Shown here: positions 30,897 to 41,474 of the stretch, one piece after another
How positions within the stretch are numbered: position 1 is the stretch's first letter
Layout: each line of letters opens with the position of its first letter
Source: Nitrosopumilus sp.
Lineage (GTDB): Archaea > Thermoproteota > Nitrososphaeria > Nitrososphaerales > Nitrosopumilaceae
Length of the DNA stretch: 64,000 bases
Direction of reading: 5' to 3'
Assembly (NCBI GenBank): GCA_965218785.1
Contig: OZ244650.1
Location: 1,248,001-1,312,000 of the forward strand
The notes under the pieces: generated by a model
What the model saw: only the letters and a program-made list of their open reading frames with translations
The model's database searches: none
What the model was told of the DNA's origin: nothing
Position numbers and translations under genes: made by a program

Positions 30897-32177
30897 ATGA
30901 GCACATTCTGGGAGGATTTTGAGCTGATGGCAAATCCATACGATTCTAAACCATTGTTATCTGACAAGAAAAGCAGAGAATTATTCATAGGTAGAGAAAA
31001 AGAACTGGAAAAATTAGGCATAATGTTCCGCGGTGGTAAAGAAGGGATAATTTTGATTGAAGGGGAAGTCGGGATAGGCAAAACCAGCTTTGTGAATATT
31101 TTTCAATATGACATGTATAAAAAATTGAAAATATTGCCATCATTTGAAAAAATTGAATTGACAAAAAACGTTGATCCTGTAAATTTCATGCTATCTGTTT
31201 TTTCCAACATGATTTTTAATCTTGAAAAATCTGTCGGAAGTTCATCATTAAACAAATATCCAACACATAGAGAGGCAAAGGCATTGATAGTACAATCCAT
31301 TGATAGGGGATGGGGAGGTAGTGTTACAATTGCAGGATTTGGAGGTGGACTGTCTTCACAACAATCCAAATCCACACCACCAACCATGTTGCTGCCTACA
31401 ATCCTTAATTTGATGGATAAATGGATAGAATTGGTAATAGAAAAAACGAAATTTACTTCCATAATAATGGCAATTGATAATCTGGATATTATTTCTGATC
31501 AAGATGTGATGGATTTTCTTAACTCCATGAGAGATAATTTAATTGGACGAAGACATGTCTGGTGGATGATAATAGGTGAAAAGGGTCTCTTGTCAATAAT
31601 ACAAAAGAGAGCTCACAGAGTAAGTGAAGTTATTACCGGACGCCCGATAGTTATAGAGCCACTAACTGAAAGTGAGATTAACAATATGATACAAATTCGT
31701 TACCGGAATTTATCAAAGAAAAACAACACCCCATTGATAGTTCCAAAGGAAATAATCAAAATGCTTTATGAAGTATCAAATGGGGAAACGAGGTATATTT
31801 TAAAACAGTCAACAGATTTGATTTATGCGTTTATCACGGATTTTCCAACGATACGGAAAATTCCCTTGCAAGTCGCACGAAAAATGTTGTTTGTAGACGC
31901 TCAAAAGCATGTTTTGGGAGCAAATATGACAAGGCGACAGTATGATCTGCTGGCACTTGCCGCAGAAATCTGCGTGTTTAGACTCAAAGATTTTAAAAAA
32001 TTTCATCTAAAGTCCAGACAGTCATTAAATGGTTATCTGGATAAGTTTCTTGGTCATAATTTCACAAGCAAGAAGGAGACAGTTGGAAAAGAGGTATACT
32101 ATAAGACATCAGAGGACGTGAATATTTTTTATAATAAAAAAATTCAAAAGCAGTGTACAAATTTTAAATCAGGTTGA
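30897..32177 (+). CDS. P-loop ATPase (AAA_16/archaeal ATPase-like) with probable C-terminal winged helix
   Basis: LFIGREKEL, GEVGIGKTS, AIDNLD; C-terminal MTRRQYDLL...SRQSLNGYLDKF...GKEVYY. Confidence 0.8.
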   Translation: MSTFWEDFELMANPYDSKPLLSDKKSRELFIGREKELEKLGIMFRGGKEGIILIEGEVGIGKTSFVNIFQYDMYKKLKILPSFEKIELTKNVDPVNFMLSVFSNMIFNLEKSVGSSSLNKYPTHREAKALIVQSIDRGWGGSVTIAGFGGGLSSQQSKSTPPTMLLPTILNLMDKWIELVIEKTKFTSIIMAIDNLDIISDQDVMDFLNSMRDNLIGRRHVWWMIIGEKGLLSIIQKRAHRVSEVITGRPIVIEPLTESEINNMIQIRYRNLSKKNNTPLIVPKEIIKMLYEVSNGETRYILKQSTDLIYAFITDFPTIRKIPLQVARKMLFVDAQKHVLGANMTRRQYDLLALAAEICVFRLKDFKKFHLKSRQSLNGYLDKFLGHNFTSKKETVGKEVYYKTSEDVNIFYNKKIQKQCTNFKSG

Positions 32178-32490
32178 TAATGCGTGATCTTTTTTTGATT
32201 GTTTTTATCTCAAGGATGAAACTGGAAATAGTACTACAAGTATATCATCACAGGTATTATTCCGGTAAACATCGCTGTACTAAAATAATGATCCGAGTAC
32301 GCCCATGCCAGATGCATTGGTCAGAACCCCAAAGGTAAAACAAGGATGTGCAACTGAAGATGACTCGTCTGAAAGCAGATAAACGGCAACAAAACGTCAG
32401 CACAAAAATATAATGAGTGATGACGAATCATCTGTATTACGGCAGGAGACACCATCAAACTGTCTGTCGCATTTACCTATATGACGCCGT

Positions 32491-32516
32491 GCTCTGATCA
32501 CCAAATACGGCAGAAC
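32491..32516 (+). repeat. 26-bp direct repeat, right copy, abutting the EF-2 stop codon
   Basis: Exact match to 28081-28106. Confidence 0.9.
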
Positions 32517-34708
32517 TATTCTTTATCTATAAAGTCATTTAGGACAGGTGGGTCTGGGGCCAGTCCTTTTCTCTTTCTAATATCAGATACTGCTGCTGCC
32601 AGCATTGATTTTGGAACCTCGGTCCATTCCTTAAACGACGTATTCCATGTCGCACGTCCGGCAGTCTGCCCCCTCATCTCCTCAGACAGTGTAAATGTCT
32701 CAGAGGCGGGAATTTCGCCGGTAATAATACTTGATGCGCCCTTTTGTACCATATCCATCACCTTGCCGCGCTTGCCAGAAAGAACGGTTGCAACACTTCC
32801 AACCAGGTCTGTTGGAACACGAACCTCGATGGCCAGCGTGGGCTCCAAGACCGCAGTACCGGCAGTCAGTAGCGCGCCCATGCACGCCCTGCGGGAGGCA
32901 GGACCTAGCTGGGAGAGGCCCCTGTGTGCCGTGTCCTCGTGTGGTACAAAGTGTGTAAATGTAAACTTGCAGTTTCTCATCTGTTCTCTGCACAGCGGAC
33001 CCTCCTTCATGACATCATCAAATCCGGAGTTGATTGAATCCGTGGATTCCTGGACAAACTGAACGCCTTTTGTTCCATTAATCAGGACATTGCCGCGTGA
33101 ATCAAGCCTCATAATTCGCTTGATCGTATCAGTATCCCATCCGGCGCCTTTTAGCAGATCTGAGACCATTTTTTTGTCCTTCATGTCGCTGATCTCGCCG
33201 GTCCTGAGCATCTGAGCGATTTGGGGTTCTAGCGGCTCTACCTTCATGAAGATCTTGTTGTGTCTGTTCGGTGATTTTGACATGACTGGGTCACATCCGG
33301 ATTTTACAGTTTCCCTGTAGTTAATCAAAGGCTCAGATGTGATAATCTCGACTTTGGTATCCTGGATACGGTGTGTTGCAACATCAAGGTGCAGCACGCC
33401 CATTCCTGCAACTATGGTCTCGCCGCTCTCCTGATCAATTTTTACTATAAGATTTGGATCCTCGATGGTCAGCTGTTTGAGTACGTCTACTAGCTTTGGC
33501 AGATCCTTTGGATGCTTGGGTTCGATTGCAACCTGGACTACGGGTTCTGAAACATATTTGACGCCTTCGAACATTTGGATGCCCTTGATGCTCGAAAGGG
33601 TGTTTCCTGCCCGGGCTTCGGTTAGTCCAAGCAGTGCCGGGATGTTGCCTGCACCGAGTTCCCCGACCTGTTCTCTTTGATTTCCCATGAAAAAGTTTAC
33701 AGACTGGATTCTTCCCTCCCTTTTTTCATCAATGATGTTGATGGTCTGTCCGTCCTTGATGGTACCAGAGAAGAGACGGCCTATGGCAACAGGTCCGGCA
33801 GCCGCATCTAGCACCATGTTGACAATCATCATGATTGTCGGACCGGTATCATCACATGCAAGTAGCGCCTTTCCGACATCGGATTCCAAATCGCCCTTCC
33901 AGATCTTTGGAATCCTGTATTTTACTGCCTCGTCTGGGGGCGGATGATGCTTGACGACCATTCCAAGTACCGCATCTGCAAGGGGCGCCTTTTCTACAAG
34001 GTCTGAGACTTTGTCATTTTCATAGGCATCAATGACGTCCTTGAAGGTGATTCCCCTCTCCTTCATCAGATCAATGTTGATTGCCCATCTGTCCTTGGCA
34101 GAGCCAAAAGTAACGCTGGCATCCTGAATTGAGATCTTCCATTTCTCCTTGTATTCTGGTTCTGCATATGTGTCAATTAACTGGTTAAAGTTTGAAACGA
34201 CCTCGGCTAGCTGCTGCTGCATCTTTTCAGGTGTCAGTCTGAGTTCCTTGATGAGTCTGTCTACCTTGTTGATAAACAGGACCGGTTTTACCAGCTCTTC
34301 AAGTGCCATTCTAGTTACAGTCTCAGTCTGGGTCATGATGCCCTCTACTGCATCACACACAACGACTGCCCCGTCAATGGCCCTAAGACTGCGGATCACC
34401 CTTCCGCTAAAGTCCACGTGTCCGGGAGTGTCGATCATGTTGATGACGTATTCCTTGTCTTTTTGAGTAAAATGTAAAGTGACGTTTGCCTGGTATATGG
34501 TAATTCCCCTTTGCTGTTCCTCCTTGTCAAAGTCCATTGCCAGTGCCTTGCCTGCAGCAGATGGGGCGATGATGCCAGAGTATGCCAAAAGGCTGTCGCT
34601 CATGGTAGTCTTTCCATGGTCGACGTGTGCGATGACTCCAAAGTTGCGGATTTGGGCCTTGTTCTTGATGATCTTGAGAACATCGCCTGTGGATTTGTAT
34701 TTGACCAT
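32516..34708 (-). CDS. fusA: Archaeal elongation factor 2
   Basis: AHVDHGKTT, RGITI, DTPGHVDF, NKVD, diphthamide loop HEDTAHRG; 730 aa. Confidence 0.98.
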   Translation of the reverse strand: MVKYKSTGDVLKIIKNKAQIRNFGVIAHVDHGKTTMSDSLLAYSGIIAPSAAGKALAMDFDKEEQQRGITIYQANVTLHFTQKDKEYVINMIDTPGHVDFSGRVIRSLRAIDGAVVVCDAVEGIMTQTETVTRMALEELVKPVLFINKVDRLIKELRLTPEKMQQQLAEVVSNFNQLIDTYAEPEYKEKWKISIQDASVTFGSAKDRWAINIDLMKERGITFKDVIDAYENDKVSDLVEKAPLADAVLGMVVKHHPPPDEAVKYRIPKIWKGDLESDVGKALLACDDTGPTIMMIVNMVLDAAAGPVAIGRLFSGTIKDGQTINIIDEKREGRIQSVNFFMGNQREQVGELGAGNIPALLGLTEARAGNTLSSIKGIQMFEGVKYVSEPVVQVAIEPKHPKDLPKLVDVLKQLTIEDPNLIVKIDQESGETIVAGMGVLHLDVATHRIQDTKVEIITSEPLINYRETVKSGCDPVMSKSPNRHNKIFMKVEPLEPQIAQMLRTGEISDMKDKKMVSDLLKGAGWDTDTIKRIMRLDSRGNVLINGTKGVQFVQESTDSINSGFDDVMKEGPLCREQMRNCKFTFTHFVPHEDTAHRGLSQLGPASRRACMGALLTAGTAVLEPTLAIEVRVPTDLVGSVATVLSGKRGKVMDMVQKGASSIITGEIPASETFTLSEEMRGQTAGRATWNTSFKEWTEVPKSMLAAAVSDIRKRKGLAPDPPVLNDFIDKE

Positions 34709-35004
34709 GTTCGCAAACCCTAGTAATCAGGTATTAAACCTTAGGACGGGAATTTTGATCAGATGGGGATCATCCCGAAAATGATTCGACAGGCATTGCA
34801 AATGCCAGAACCGGCGTTCCAAAAAAGACTCTTCTGCCAGACCCGGACACGGTTTTTTTTTTGAAACGATTCCGGGAAATTCAAAGAGTGATGATGACAT
34901 ATGACGTGGTGTCTCACACGCCCTGATGGTTTTCACATCAGATGACTATTGTAAATGATTCCGCCCGTGTTTTGATTTTTATTACGATAATTTTGCAGTC
35001 AATC

Positions 35005-35832
35005 ATGGAAATTTCCGTGGGACACACTCCGGATTCGGATGACGCATTCATGTTTTATGGAATGTTTACAGACAGGGTATCGTCCCCGGATTTTAAGGTA
35101 AACCATGTAATTGAGGACATTGAAAAGTTAAACCGCAAGGCAACAAACCCGGAGCTTGACGTTACTGCCGTTTCGGTTCATGCATGCGCATACATTCCAG
35201 GATACACGATACTTCGAAGTGGCGGAAGTTTTGGAATCGGATACGGGCCCATAGTTACTGCCAGAGAGCAGATGAGCATTGATGAGATGAAAAAATGCAC
35301 GATTGCCATACCAGGCAAGATGACATCGGCGTTCTTGCTGCTGCAGCTTATGATTGGAGAGTTTGATCATATCGAGATGAATTTTAGCGATATTCCAGAT
35401 GCGGTAGAATCAGGCAAGGTGGATGCGGGGCTGGTAATTCATGAAACCCAGTTATCATACAAGCAGGAGGGAAAAGTCAAGATCCTAGACGTCGGGGAGT
35501 GGTGGGATAAAACAACAAACGGACTGCCAGTTCCGCTAGGAATCAACGTCATGAGGACGGACTTGGGCATGGATACAATTGTCAAATTTGACAGGTATCT
35601 TCAAGAGTCAATCGAGTTTGGAATGGCCCATTTCAAAGATGCAATCGAGTACGCAATGCAGTACTCCAGGGGAAACCCGCGCGGGTTAATTGAGAGATTC
35701 GTAAAGATGTATGTAAATGAGATAACTGTCAACATGGGGGATTCCGGGGAGCAGTCAATTAGAAGGCTCTTTGAGATGGCAAAAGAAAGGAACCTGGTTC
35801 CGGACTTTGAGATATCCATTGCCGCCAAGTAG
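35005..35832 (+). CDS. mqnD: 1,4-dihydroxy-6-naphthoate synthase (MqnA/MqnD family)
   Basis: GHTPDSDDAFMFY, SFGIGYGP, GLVIHE, LPVPLG, KMYVNE; start taken at MEISVG. Confidence 0.88.
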   Translation: MEISVGHTPDSDDAFMFYGMFTDRVSSPDFKVNHVIEDIEKLNRKATNPELDVTAVSVHACAYIPGYTILRSGGSFGIGYGPIVTAREQMSIDEMKKCTIAIPGKMTSAFLLLQLMIGEFDHIEMNFSDIPDAVESGKVDAGLVIHETQLSYKQEGKVKILDVGEWWDKTTNGLPVPLGINVMRTDLGMDTIVKFDRYLQESIEFGMAHFKDAIEYAMQYSRGNPRGLIERFVKMYVNEITVNMGDSGEQSIRRLFEMAKERNLVPDFEISIAAK

Positions 35833-35859
35833 TTATAGAACAAGGGGTTTTCAGATTCG

Positions 35860-36150
35860 ATGGGAGACGGAATCGGCGGCCCGGTTGTTGGGATTCTAAC
35901 TAACAACGCCTTTGAGATGGCAGTCAGCCACGTAAGAAAAGACAACAAGGACGAGTATGGCAAAACAGAAAAAATCATCATTGCAAAGATCGACAATCCA
36001 GATGATCCCCAGTATGCAGAGACTACGCCAGAGCAGCTAGAGCGGGCACTCAAGGGAAAGTTTGTCTCATGCAACGTCCAGTACAGGGACACAAAGACAG
36101 ATGCGCTTGTTTGCAATGTTTTTGTTCAAAAACCGCCTGAGGGGTTTTAG
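35860..36150 (+). CDS. Small conserved protein, thermonuclease-like OB fold (tentative)
   Basis: IIAKIDNPD...LERALKGKFVSCNVQYRD...LVCNV resembles the SNase pattern. Confidence 0.55.
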   Translation: MGDGIGGPVVGILTNNAFEMAVSHVRKDNKDEYGKTEKIIIAKIDNPDDPQYAETTPEQLERALKGKFVSCNVQYRDTKTDALVCNVFVQKPPEGF

Positions 36151-36171
36151 AGGGAACGTAATGCCTAATAT

Positions 36172-36480
36172 ATGATAAATTCCAAACAAGATGGGATGCT
36201 TGTCGACAAACGAATTCTGGCAGGAGGTATTGCAATAATCATTGCAGGGATGATCGTGGCAGTCAGCAGTGCAGTACCACCTGCGGGTCAACCCGGAATG
36301 ACTGATGATGAGATTATAGAGTTGCTGATAGCCGAGGATGAGAACAAGGCGTATCAGATGCTATCTGGAATACTAGTGGGGATAGGATTCCTGCTTGCGC
36401 TGATCAGTTTTGGTGCCAGGAGAAGAAAAAGCAAGGGAGGAGACAGCATAAAAAAAGAGGTGCAAGAACCCCCGGAATGA
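36172..36480 (+). CDS. Two-TM membrane protein
   Basis: Two hydrophobic helices and basic tail. Confidence 0.7.
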   Translation: MINSKQDGMLVDKRILAGGIAIIIAGMIVAVSSAVPPAGQPGMTDDEIIELLIAEDENKAYQMLSGILVGIGFLLALISFGARRRKSKGGDSIKKEVQEPPE

Positions 36481-36508
36481 TTCAAATTAATCGGCATTCA
36501 GCAGAGGC

Positions 36509-36823
36509 ATGATTCAGGCAGAAATTAGTATTTATCCCATGGCAACGAGGACCAGCAGTGCCAGTTTCTACATTGCAAAGGCAGTAGAATCAATTCAGGA
36601 CATGGAAAACATCAGATATGAAATCAACTCGATGGGGACGGTTTTGGAATCAGAGAGCATCGATGTAATTTATGACGCATCAAAGAAGATGATGGAGACA
36701 GTTCACAATCTTGGAATTGCCAGAGTCGAAGTCGTGATCAAGGTGGATTCAAGAAGGGACAAACATCTCAAAATGGAGGAAAAGATAGATGCCATAAAAA
36801 ACCAGCTTCAAAAAAAGGGTTGA
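36509..36823 (+). CDS. MTH1187 family thiamine-binding protein
   Basis: AEISIYPM...SMGTVLE...VIKVDSRRDK. Confidence 0.88.
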   Translation: MIQAEISIYPMATRTSSASFYIAKAVESIQDMENIRYEINSMGTVLESESIDVIYDASKKMMETVHNLGIARVEVVIKVDSRRDKHLKMEEKIDAIKNQLQKKG

Positions 36824-36954
36824 GATGTTTTTCCAGTAGTAGCTGCAGTGTGTCGTGTGCAGTCAGATCAACCACCACACCAGGATCATAAGTAATGCCG
36901 CCGCATTTTTCTTTCTTCCAGTTACCGCAAAAGTCTAAATTAATCTCAAAAGAA

Positions 36955-38073
36955 TCAAAAGTTTTTTAGAATGTCAAAGTGGGTGTTTCTCTGTGCCGGC
37001 ATCCGTCCGATCTCTTTTACCATTGTTGCAAGTTCATCAACAGATGATGCAGTAGTCTTTCCTGCGGCGCGGTAAATCTCTTCGGAAAACGCGGTTCCCA
37101 CCAAGTCGCTGCCGCCGTTGGATAACGCGACCTGTGCTAGTTTCTTACCATAGGCAACCCAGTAAACTGAGATGTTGTTCAGTGTCCCTGCAAGCATGAG
37201 TCTTGATAACGCAATTATCCGCAGATCATACACCGATGAACATTCGTTACTTACCAGATGCTCCTGTTCCAGCTCGGTGTTATCCAGACTGAATTTGAGC
37301 GGAATCAGCGTGATAAATCCGCCGGTCTTTTTTTGCAGCTGCCGAATCTTTATGAGATGATCAACTATGTGCTCTGGTTTTTCAATATGTCCGTAAAGCA
37401 TGGTGACGTTACTTTTGATTCCCATGTTGTGCGCCTCTTCGATCACATCTAGCCACTGCTGTCCCGAACATTTTCCTCGGACTATCTCGTCCCGGATTTC
37501 AGGATGGAACAGTTCTGCCCCGCCTCCGGGCATCGAATCAAGACCGGCGTTTTTTAACCGGGACAGGATTTCCTTGGTGGAGTTTTTTGTCAGTTTTGAT
37601 AAATAAAAAATCTCTGCTGCAGTCAGCGCCTTTATGTTGAGCTGGGGATGGTTTTTCTTGATGGTCCTCATCATGTCTTCATAGTACTCCAACGGAAGTT
37701 TTGGATGAAACCCTCCGACGATGTGAACCTCAGTTGCACCCATCTGCTTTGCAATTCCGACTCTTTGTTCGATCTCCTGCGGGGTCAGGGTATATGCGTC
37801 ATCTGCCCCGTCCTTTCGATAAAACGCGCACATTTGGCAGCTGGCAGCGCAGACGTTTGTATAGTTCATGTAGTAAGATGCAGCAAAGGTGACAGTCTCA
37901 CCGACTAGTTTTTTTCGCGCATCATCGGCTACTGCCCCAAGCAAGTGCAAGTTATCATAATCCATTAATTCAAGACCGTCTTTATGGGAGAGCTCCTCTC
38001 CGGCAATGGCCCGATCTAGCGCCTGTGAGTCTCCGACTAGCTGTTCTAGCATATTTGTCAGTCCGTATGTCAT
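36955..38073 (-). CDS. mqnE: CofH/MqnE-family radical SAM (aminofutalosine synthase-like)
   Basis: NYTNVCAASCQMCAF, EVHIVGG, SMPGGGAE, TMLYGHIE; near mqnD. Confidence 0.8.
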   Translation of the reverse strand: MTYGLTNMLEQLVGDSQALDRAIAGEELSHKDGLELMDYDNLHLLGAVADDARKKLVGETVTFAASYYMNYTNVCAASCQMCAFYRKDGADDAYTLTPQEIEQRVGIAKQMGATEVHIVGGFHPKLPLEYYEDMMRTIKKNHPQLNIKALTAAEIFYLSKLTKNSTKEILSRLKNAGLDSMPGGGAELFHPEIRDEIVRGKCSGQQWLDVIEEAHNMGIKSNVTMLYGHIEKPEHIVDHLIKIRQLQKKTGGFITLIPLKFSLDNTELEQEHLVSNECSSVYDLRIIALSRLMLAGTLNNISVYWVAYGKKLAQVALSNGGSDLVGTAFSEEIYRAAGKTTASSVDELATMVKEIGRMPAQRNTHFDILKNF

Positions 38074-38126
38074 GATATATTCCTTATAGTCTCAAGAAAT
38101 AAGTAGGCACTCAAAGCGGCAATGTC

Positions 38127-38300
38127 ATGGTACTTCCCCTAGTTGACGAACACAAGCCCAAATGCTACCTGTGTCATCTGGGATTTGAGAATCTCGATGA
38201 GTTAAGAGAACACCAGAAATCAGAACACGAAGACTCTGTTGAACCACGCAGAAAAGAGATGGACAGCGGACCGGCACCAGGCGATGTCACGGTATTTTAG
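38127..38300 (+). CDS. C2H2 zinc-finger small protein (57 aa, not in ORF track)
   Basis: MVLPLVDEHKPKCYLCHLGFENLDELREHQKSEH...GPAPGDVTVF. Confidence 0.8.
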   Translation: MVLPLVDEHKPKCYLCHLGFENLDELREHQKSEHEDSVEPRRKEMDSGPAPGDVTVF

Positions 38301-39333
38301 ATCTGTATTTCCGGGCTTGGCTGGCTTGTAGATGCGTTTCCTTGTCTGGCGGTAAAAATGAATATGGGCAGTCTAGTGATTACGGCGGGTTTTTAGATAA
38401 TTATGGCAGGATATCAGTGATGATCTGTTTTGTAATTATTCACAAATCCATCTGATGGTATAAACTGTCAATCCATATTTTATGGGATGTCTGGGATCCA
38501 TTACGTTGATTCTAGCGTATTAATTTTATTTCTTTAACAGATCATACAAAAACGCACAGATTCTGTCATTTATTGCATCTTCATAATATGCAAAACCGCG
38601 AGCTTTGTAAAATTTATGGGTTGTGGATCATATGGGATTTAACAGACGTATCTACAACCAAATCACTTTTTATTTCAGGGGGAATTTTCACAAAGAGGCA
38701 TTCAAGTTCTCTTTTTATTTCCCTTTTTGATTTTTTTTCACTGCTAAGTAATTAACAAAATGGAACTCTGGATTTTTTTTGCCTCAGTAGAAGAGCTGCA
38801 TATCTAATGAAATGCCGCAACTGTAACACACCATACCTGCCTTTAATTTAGCTGACGCGGTTGGATTACCCGTTCTCTAATGTCACCTAAAAAATGTCAT
38901 GATGTAATCTGCAAGTTCTGGTACGTCGGATTCAAGTCATCTAACAAATCCATCAGGTTATGGTATTCGTGTTTTGTTGAATTGAAACCCATCTTTGATA
39001 AAGACGGTTTTTAAAAATTAGAAATTTGATTTGGGACTGGCTTTTGCTGCATGTTAGCTCTTTGAATTTGCCATTTGTTTGGGACTCATTGTTTTCAAGT
39101 TCTTGTAATTTTTCAATTTATATTTTATTAAATGGTTTGATATATTGTAGCGGGAATGATAGAAGATAAGAAAATCTAAAAATTATTTTTTCAAAGAGCT
39201 TGCCTGGTCTTCGGGATTATTCATTTTGACTAGAACCGTTCTGATCACATGTGTTCTTCTCAATGCCGCCAAGAAGGAAACGGATACAGAAGATGATATT
39301 TCATGATTAAAACAGCAGCCTGTCAATACAAAA

Positions 39334-39567
39334 TCAGGAGGCATTCTTGTCCCTAGGATCAATTTCCAGTGATTTGTTAAAACACTCCATTGCCTCCTGG
39401 TATCTTCCCAAACACCTCAAAACCACGCCCTTTTCATTCCAAAGGTCAGGATCACTCTGGTTCAGAAAAAGTGCCTGTTCAAAAAAACCAAGCGCGTCAT
39501 CGAACTTTTCATCCTTTAAGGACTGTCTCCCCCGCGAAACAAGACTTTCTATCTCATCCATAAACAC
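39334..39567 (-). CDS. TPR protein
   Basis: LWNEKGVVLRCLGRYQEAMECFNKSLEIDP. Confidence 0.9.
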   Translation of the reverse strand: MFMDEIESLVSRGRQSLKDEKFDDALGFFEQALFLNQSDPDLWNEKGVVLRCLGRYQEAMECFNKSLEIDPRDKNAS

Positions 39568-39684
39568 ACATCATATCAGATTTTTATAAAGTTTGAACGC
39601 AATATACAGAAAAACACCGGTAAAATGGACGGATTTACAATCAAATACCGAAAATTTAAATAAATTTTTTACCAAGTACATGGA

Positions 39685-40122
39685 ATGGATGAAACAGACA
39701 AAAAAATTCTCAAAAATTTGATGGTCGATGCAAGGCTTTCGGCAAGACAGATGGCACTAAAACTTGGAATATCGACAGTAACGGTGCTATCTAGAATCAA
39801 AAAACTGGAGAAGGAGAAGATAATTTGCGGGTATGCTGCAATTATCGACCACGAAAAATTAGGATATGTACTTACCGCGGTTATTGAAATCATAGCAAAA
39901 AACGACAAAATTCTCGAGATCGAGGAGAGGCTGTCAAAATTTGAAAATGTATGCGGGGTTTACGATATAACGGGCTCGACAGACACGCTGATCATTGCAA
40001 AGTTCAAGGAACGAAGTGATCTGAGTGATTTTGTAAAGGAGTTGGCCATGATACCAAACGTAGAAAATACAATCACACACGTGGTTCTAAATACAACAAA
40101 GGAAGACTTTAGGTTGACGTAG
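39685..40122 (+). CDS. Lrp/AsnC transcriptional regulator
   Basis: DKKILKNLMVDARLS...VYDITGSTD. Confidence 0.93.
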   Translation: MDETDKKILKNLMVDARLSARQMALKLGISTVTVLSRIKKLEKEKIICGYAAIIDHEKLGYVLTAVIEIIAKNDKILEIEERLSKFENVCGVYDITGSTDTLIIAKFKERSDLSDFVKELAMIPNVENTITHVVLNTTKEDFRLT

Positions 40123-40130
40123 GTGGCAGA

Positions 40131-40691
40131 TTGAAACACTTCAACATATTTTTAATTTTCATGGTTGTTGCAGGGGGCTTACAAACGGCGGGCTTTGCAC
40201 AGACAGACAGTCCAAACATGGAACTAGTCGTATCAGACGAGGAAAAAACAGTACTCTTTACAGGTTTTGCCGTCGCAGTCATTGCAATCTTTCTGTTTTT
40301 AGCAAGGGATGTCATTCTCAGGAGAAAGACATCCTATGATAAAAACGATCTTGAATCAAAAAAGGACAAGACGTATGAAAAATATCATTCGGGATGGGGG
40401 GACGATTATGAGGAGATTGGAGGGAGAAGGAACACAAAAGACGATGAAGAGTTTCGCAATGCCGCAGACAGGGATGATCTGCCAAACTACTACAATGTTC
40501 TCAGGGTTCCCATGGATGCCACACAAGACGAGATTAAAAACAAATTCAGGGAGCTTGCAAAAAAGACGCACCCGGACAAGACAACGGAGGTGGATTCTGA
40601 GAAGGAGATGGCAGAACTAAACAAGGCATATGAAGTACTCTCAGACAGGGGACGCAGGGAAAGATATGACAGGTATCTAAAAACAGACTAG
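40131..40691 (+). CDS. Membrane-anchored J-domain protein
   Basis: NYYNVL...KTHPDK...LNKAYEVLSD; N-terminal TM segments. Confidence 0.9.
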   Translation: MKHFNIFLIFMVVAGGLQTAGFAQTDSPNMELVVSDEEKTVLFTGFAVAVIAIFLFLARDVILRRKTSYDKNDLESKKDKTYEKYHSGWGDDYEEIGGRRNTKDDEEFRNAADRDDLPNYYNVLRVPMDATQDEIKNKFRELAKKTHPDKTTEVDSEKEMAELNKAYEVLSDRGRRERYDRYLKTD

Positions 40692-41092
40692 ACAGACTCT
40701 AGCTTGACAATTATCATGCTAAGCTCGATTGCAGCAGGGGTCTGGACGCTGTTTGTAAGATTGGTAAATATTTCAACATCAAGCGGGGTTTTATTGCGTC
40801 TTAGTTTGGTAGATATTCGAAGTTCGGCAAACTCGGTATTTGGTCCGAGCATTTTTTTTGTCAAAAGCGGCACCACGGCAAGATCGTTTATGGTGCCCTT
40901 CATCTTGTAGGCAAATTTGTCTGAAAAATAAACACCGCCGCGCGTAGTGGGTTTATTGACAGGAATCACCGAATGTTCAACAGATACGTCAGTTATCGGA
41001 TAGGTCTCGTTGTTTAGGTAAAGAATGTACTCTAGGGTGTTTTTCTGGTTATCCTCCATCAGAATTTCAAGTAAATCGGAATTTACGGACAT
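40688..41092 (-). CDS. Hypothetical protein
   Basis: 134-aa ORF with PTTRGGVYFSD motif. Confidence 0.75.
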   Translation of the reverse strand: MSVNSDLLEILMEDNQKNTLEYILYLNNETYPITDVSVEHSVIPVNKPTTRGGVYFSDKFAYKMKGTINDLAVVPLLTKKMLGPNTEFAELRISTKLRRNKTPLDVEIFTNLTNSVQTPAAIELSMIIVKLESV

Positions 41093-41196
41093 TCAAGATC
41101 AGCCCGGTTGCAATTCTATTGAATCTTTCTGAGAGAAATCTCAAGGCAGGCAGCTTGTATCATCAAAATCAATTTGTTCGGACAATTTATAAAAAC

Positions 41197-41340
41197 CTAA
41201 AATTCTACTTTGATGTTTTTAACACGTTCTTTAGATTCTGCAAGTAGCTTCAACTGTTTCTCGGTAGGCCCTCTTGCCATAAGGTACTGTAGTCTATCCC
41301 ATTGTTTTTGATCAAGGGGTGCAACTTCTCTTACTGCCAT
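41197..41340 (-). CDS. Small 47-aa protein (not in ORF track)
   Basis: MAVREVAPLDQKQWDRLQYLMARGPTEKQLKLLAESKERVKNIKVEF*, AT-rich TATA-like sequence upstream. Confidence 0.55.
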   Translation of the reverse strand: MAVREVAPLDQKQWDRLQYLMARGPTEKQLKLLAESKERVKNIKVEF

Positions 41341-41474
41341 GAGACATGTTTATCATAATAAATATTTAAAATTTTGGCATTTTATGCACAAAAATCAGAC
41401 ATGGATTGAAGGCATGATCTTAGATTCAGATAGATTGTTGTATGTGGATGGTAAAAAAACACACCAGTGATACC

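Noticed and set aside
32516-34708. Unusual EF-2 paralog
   Set aside because: GTPase motifs and the diphthamide His loop (HEDTAHRG) look canonical.
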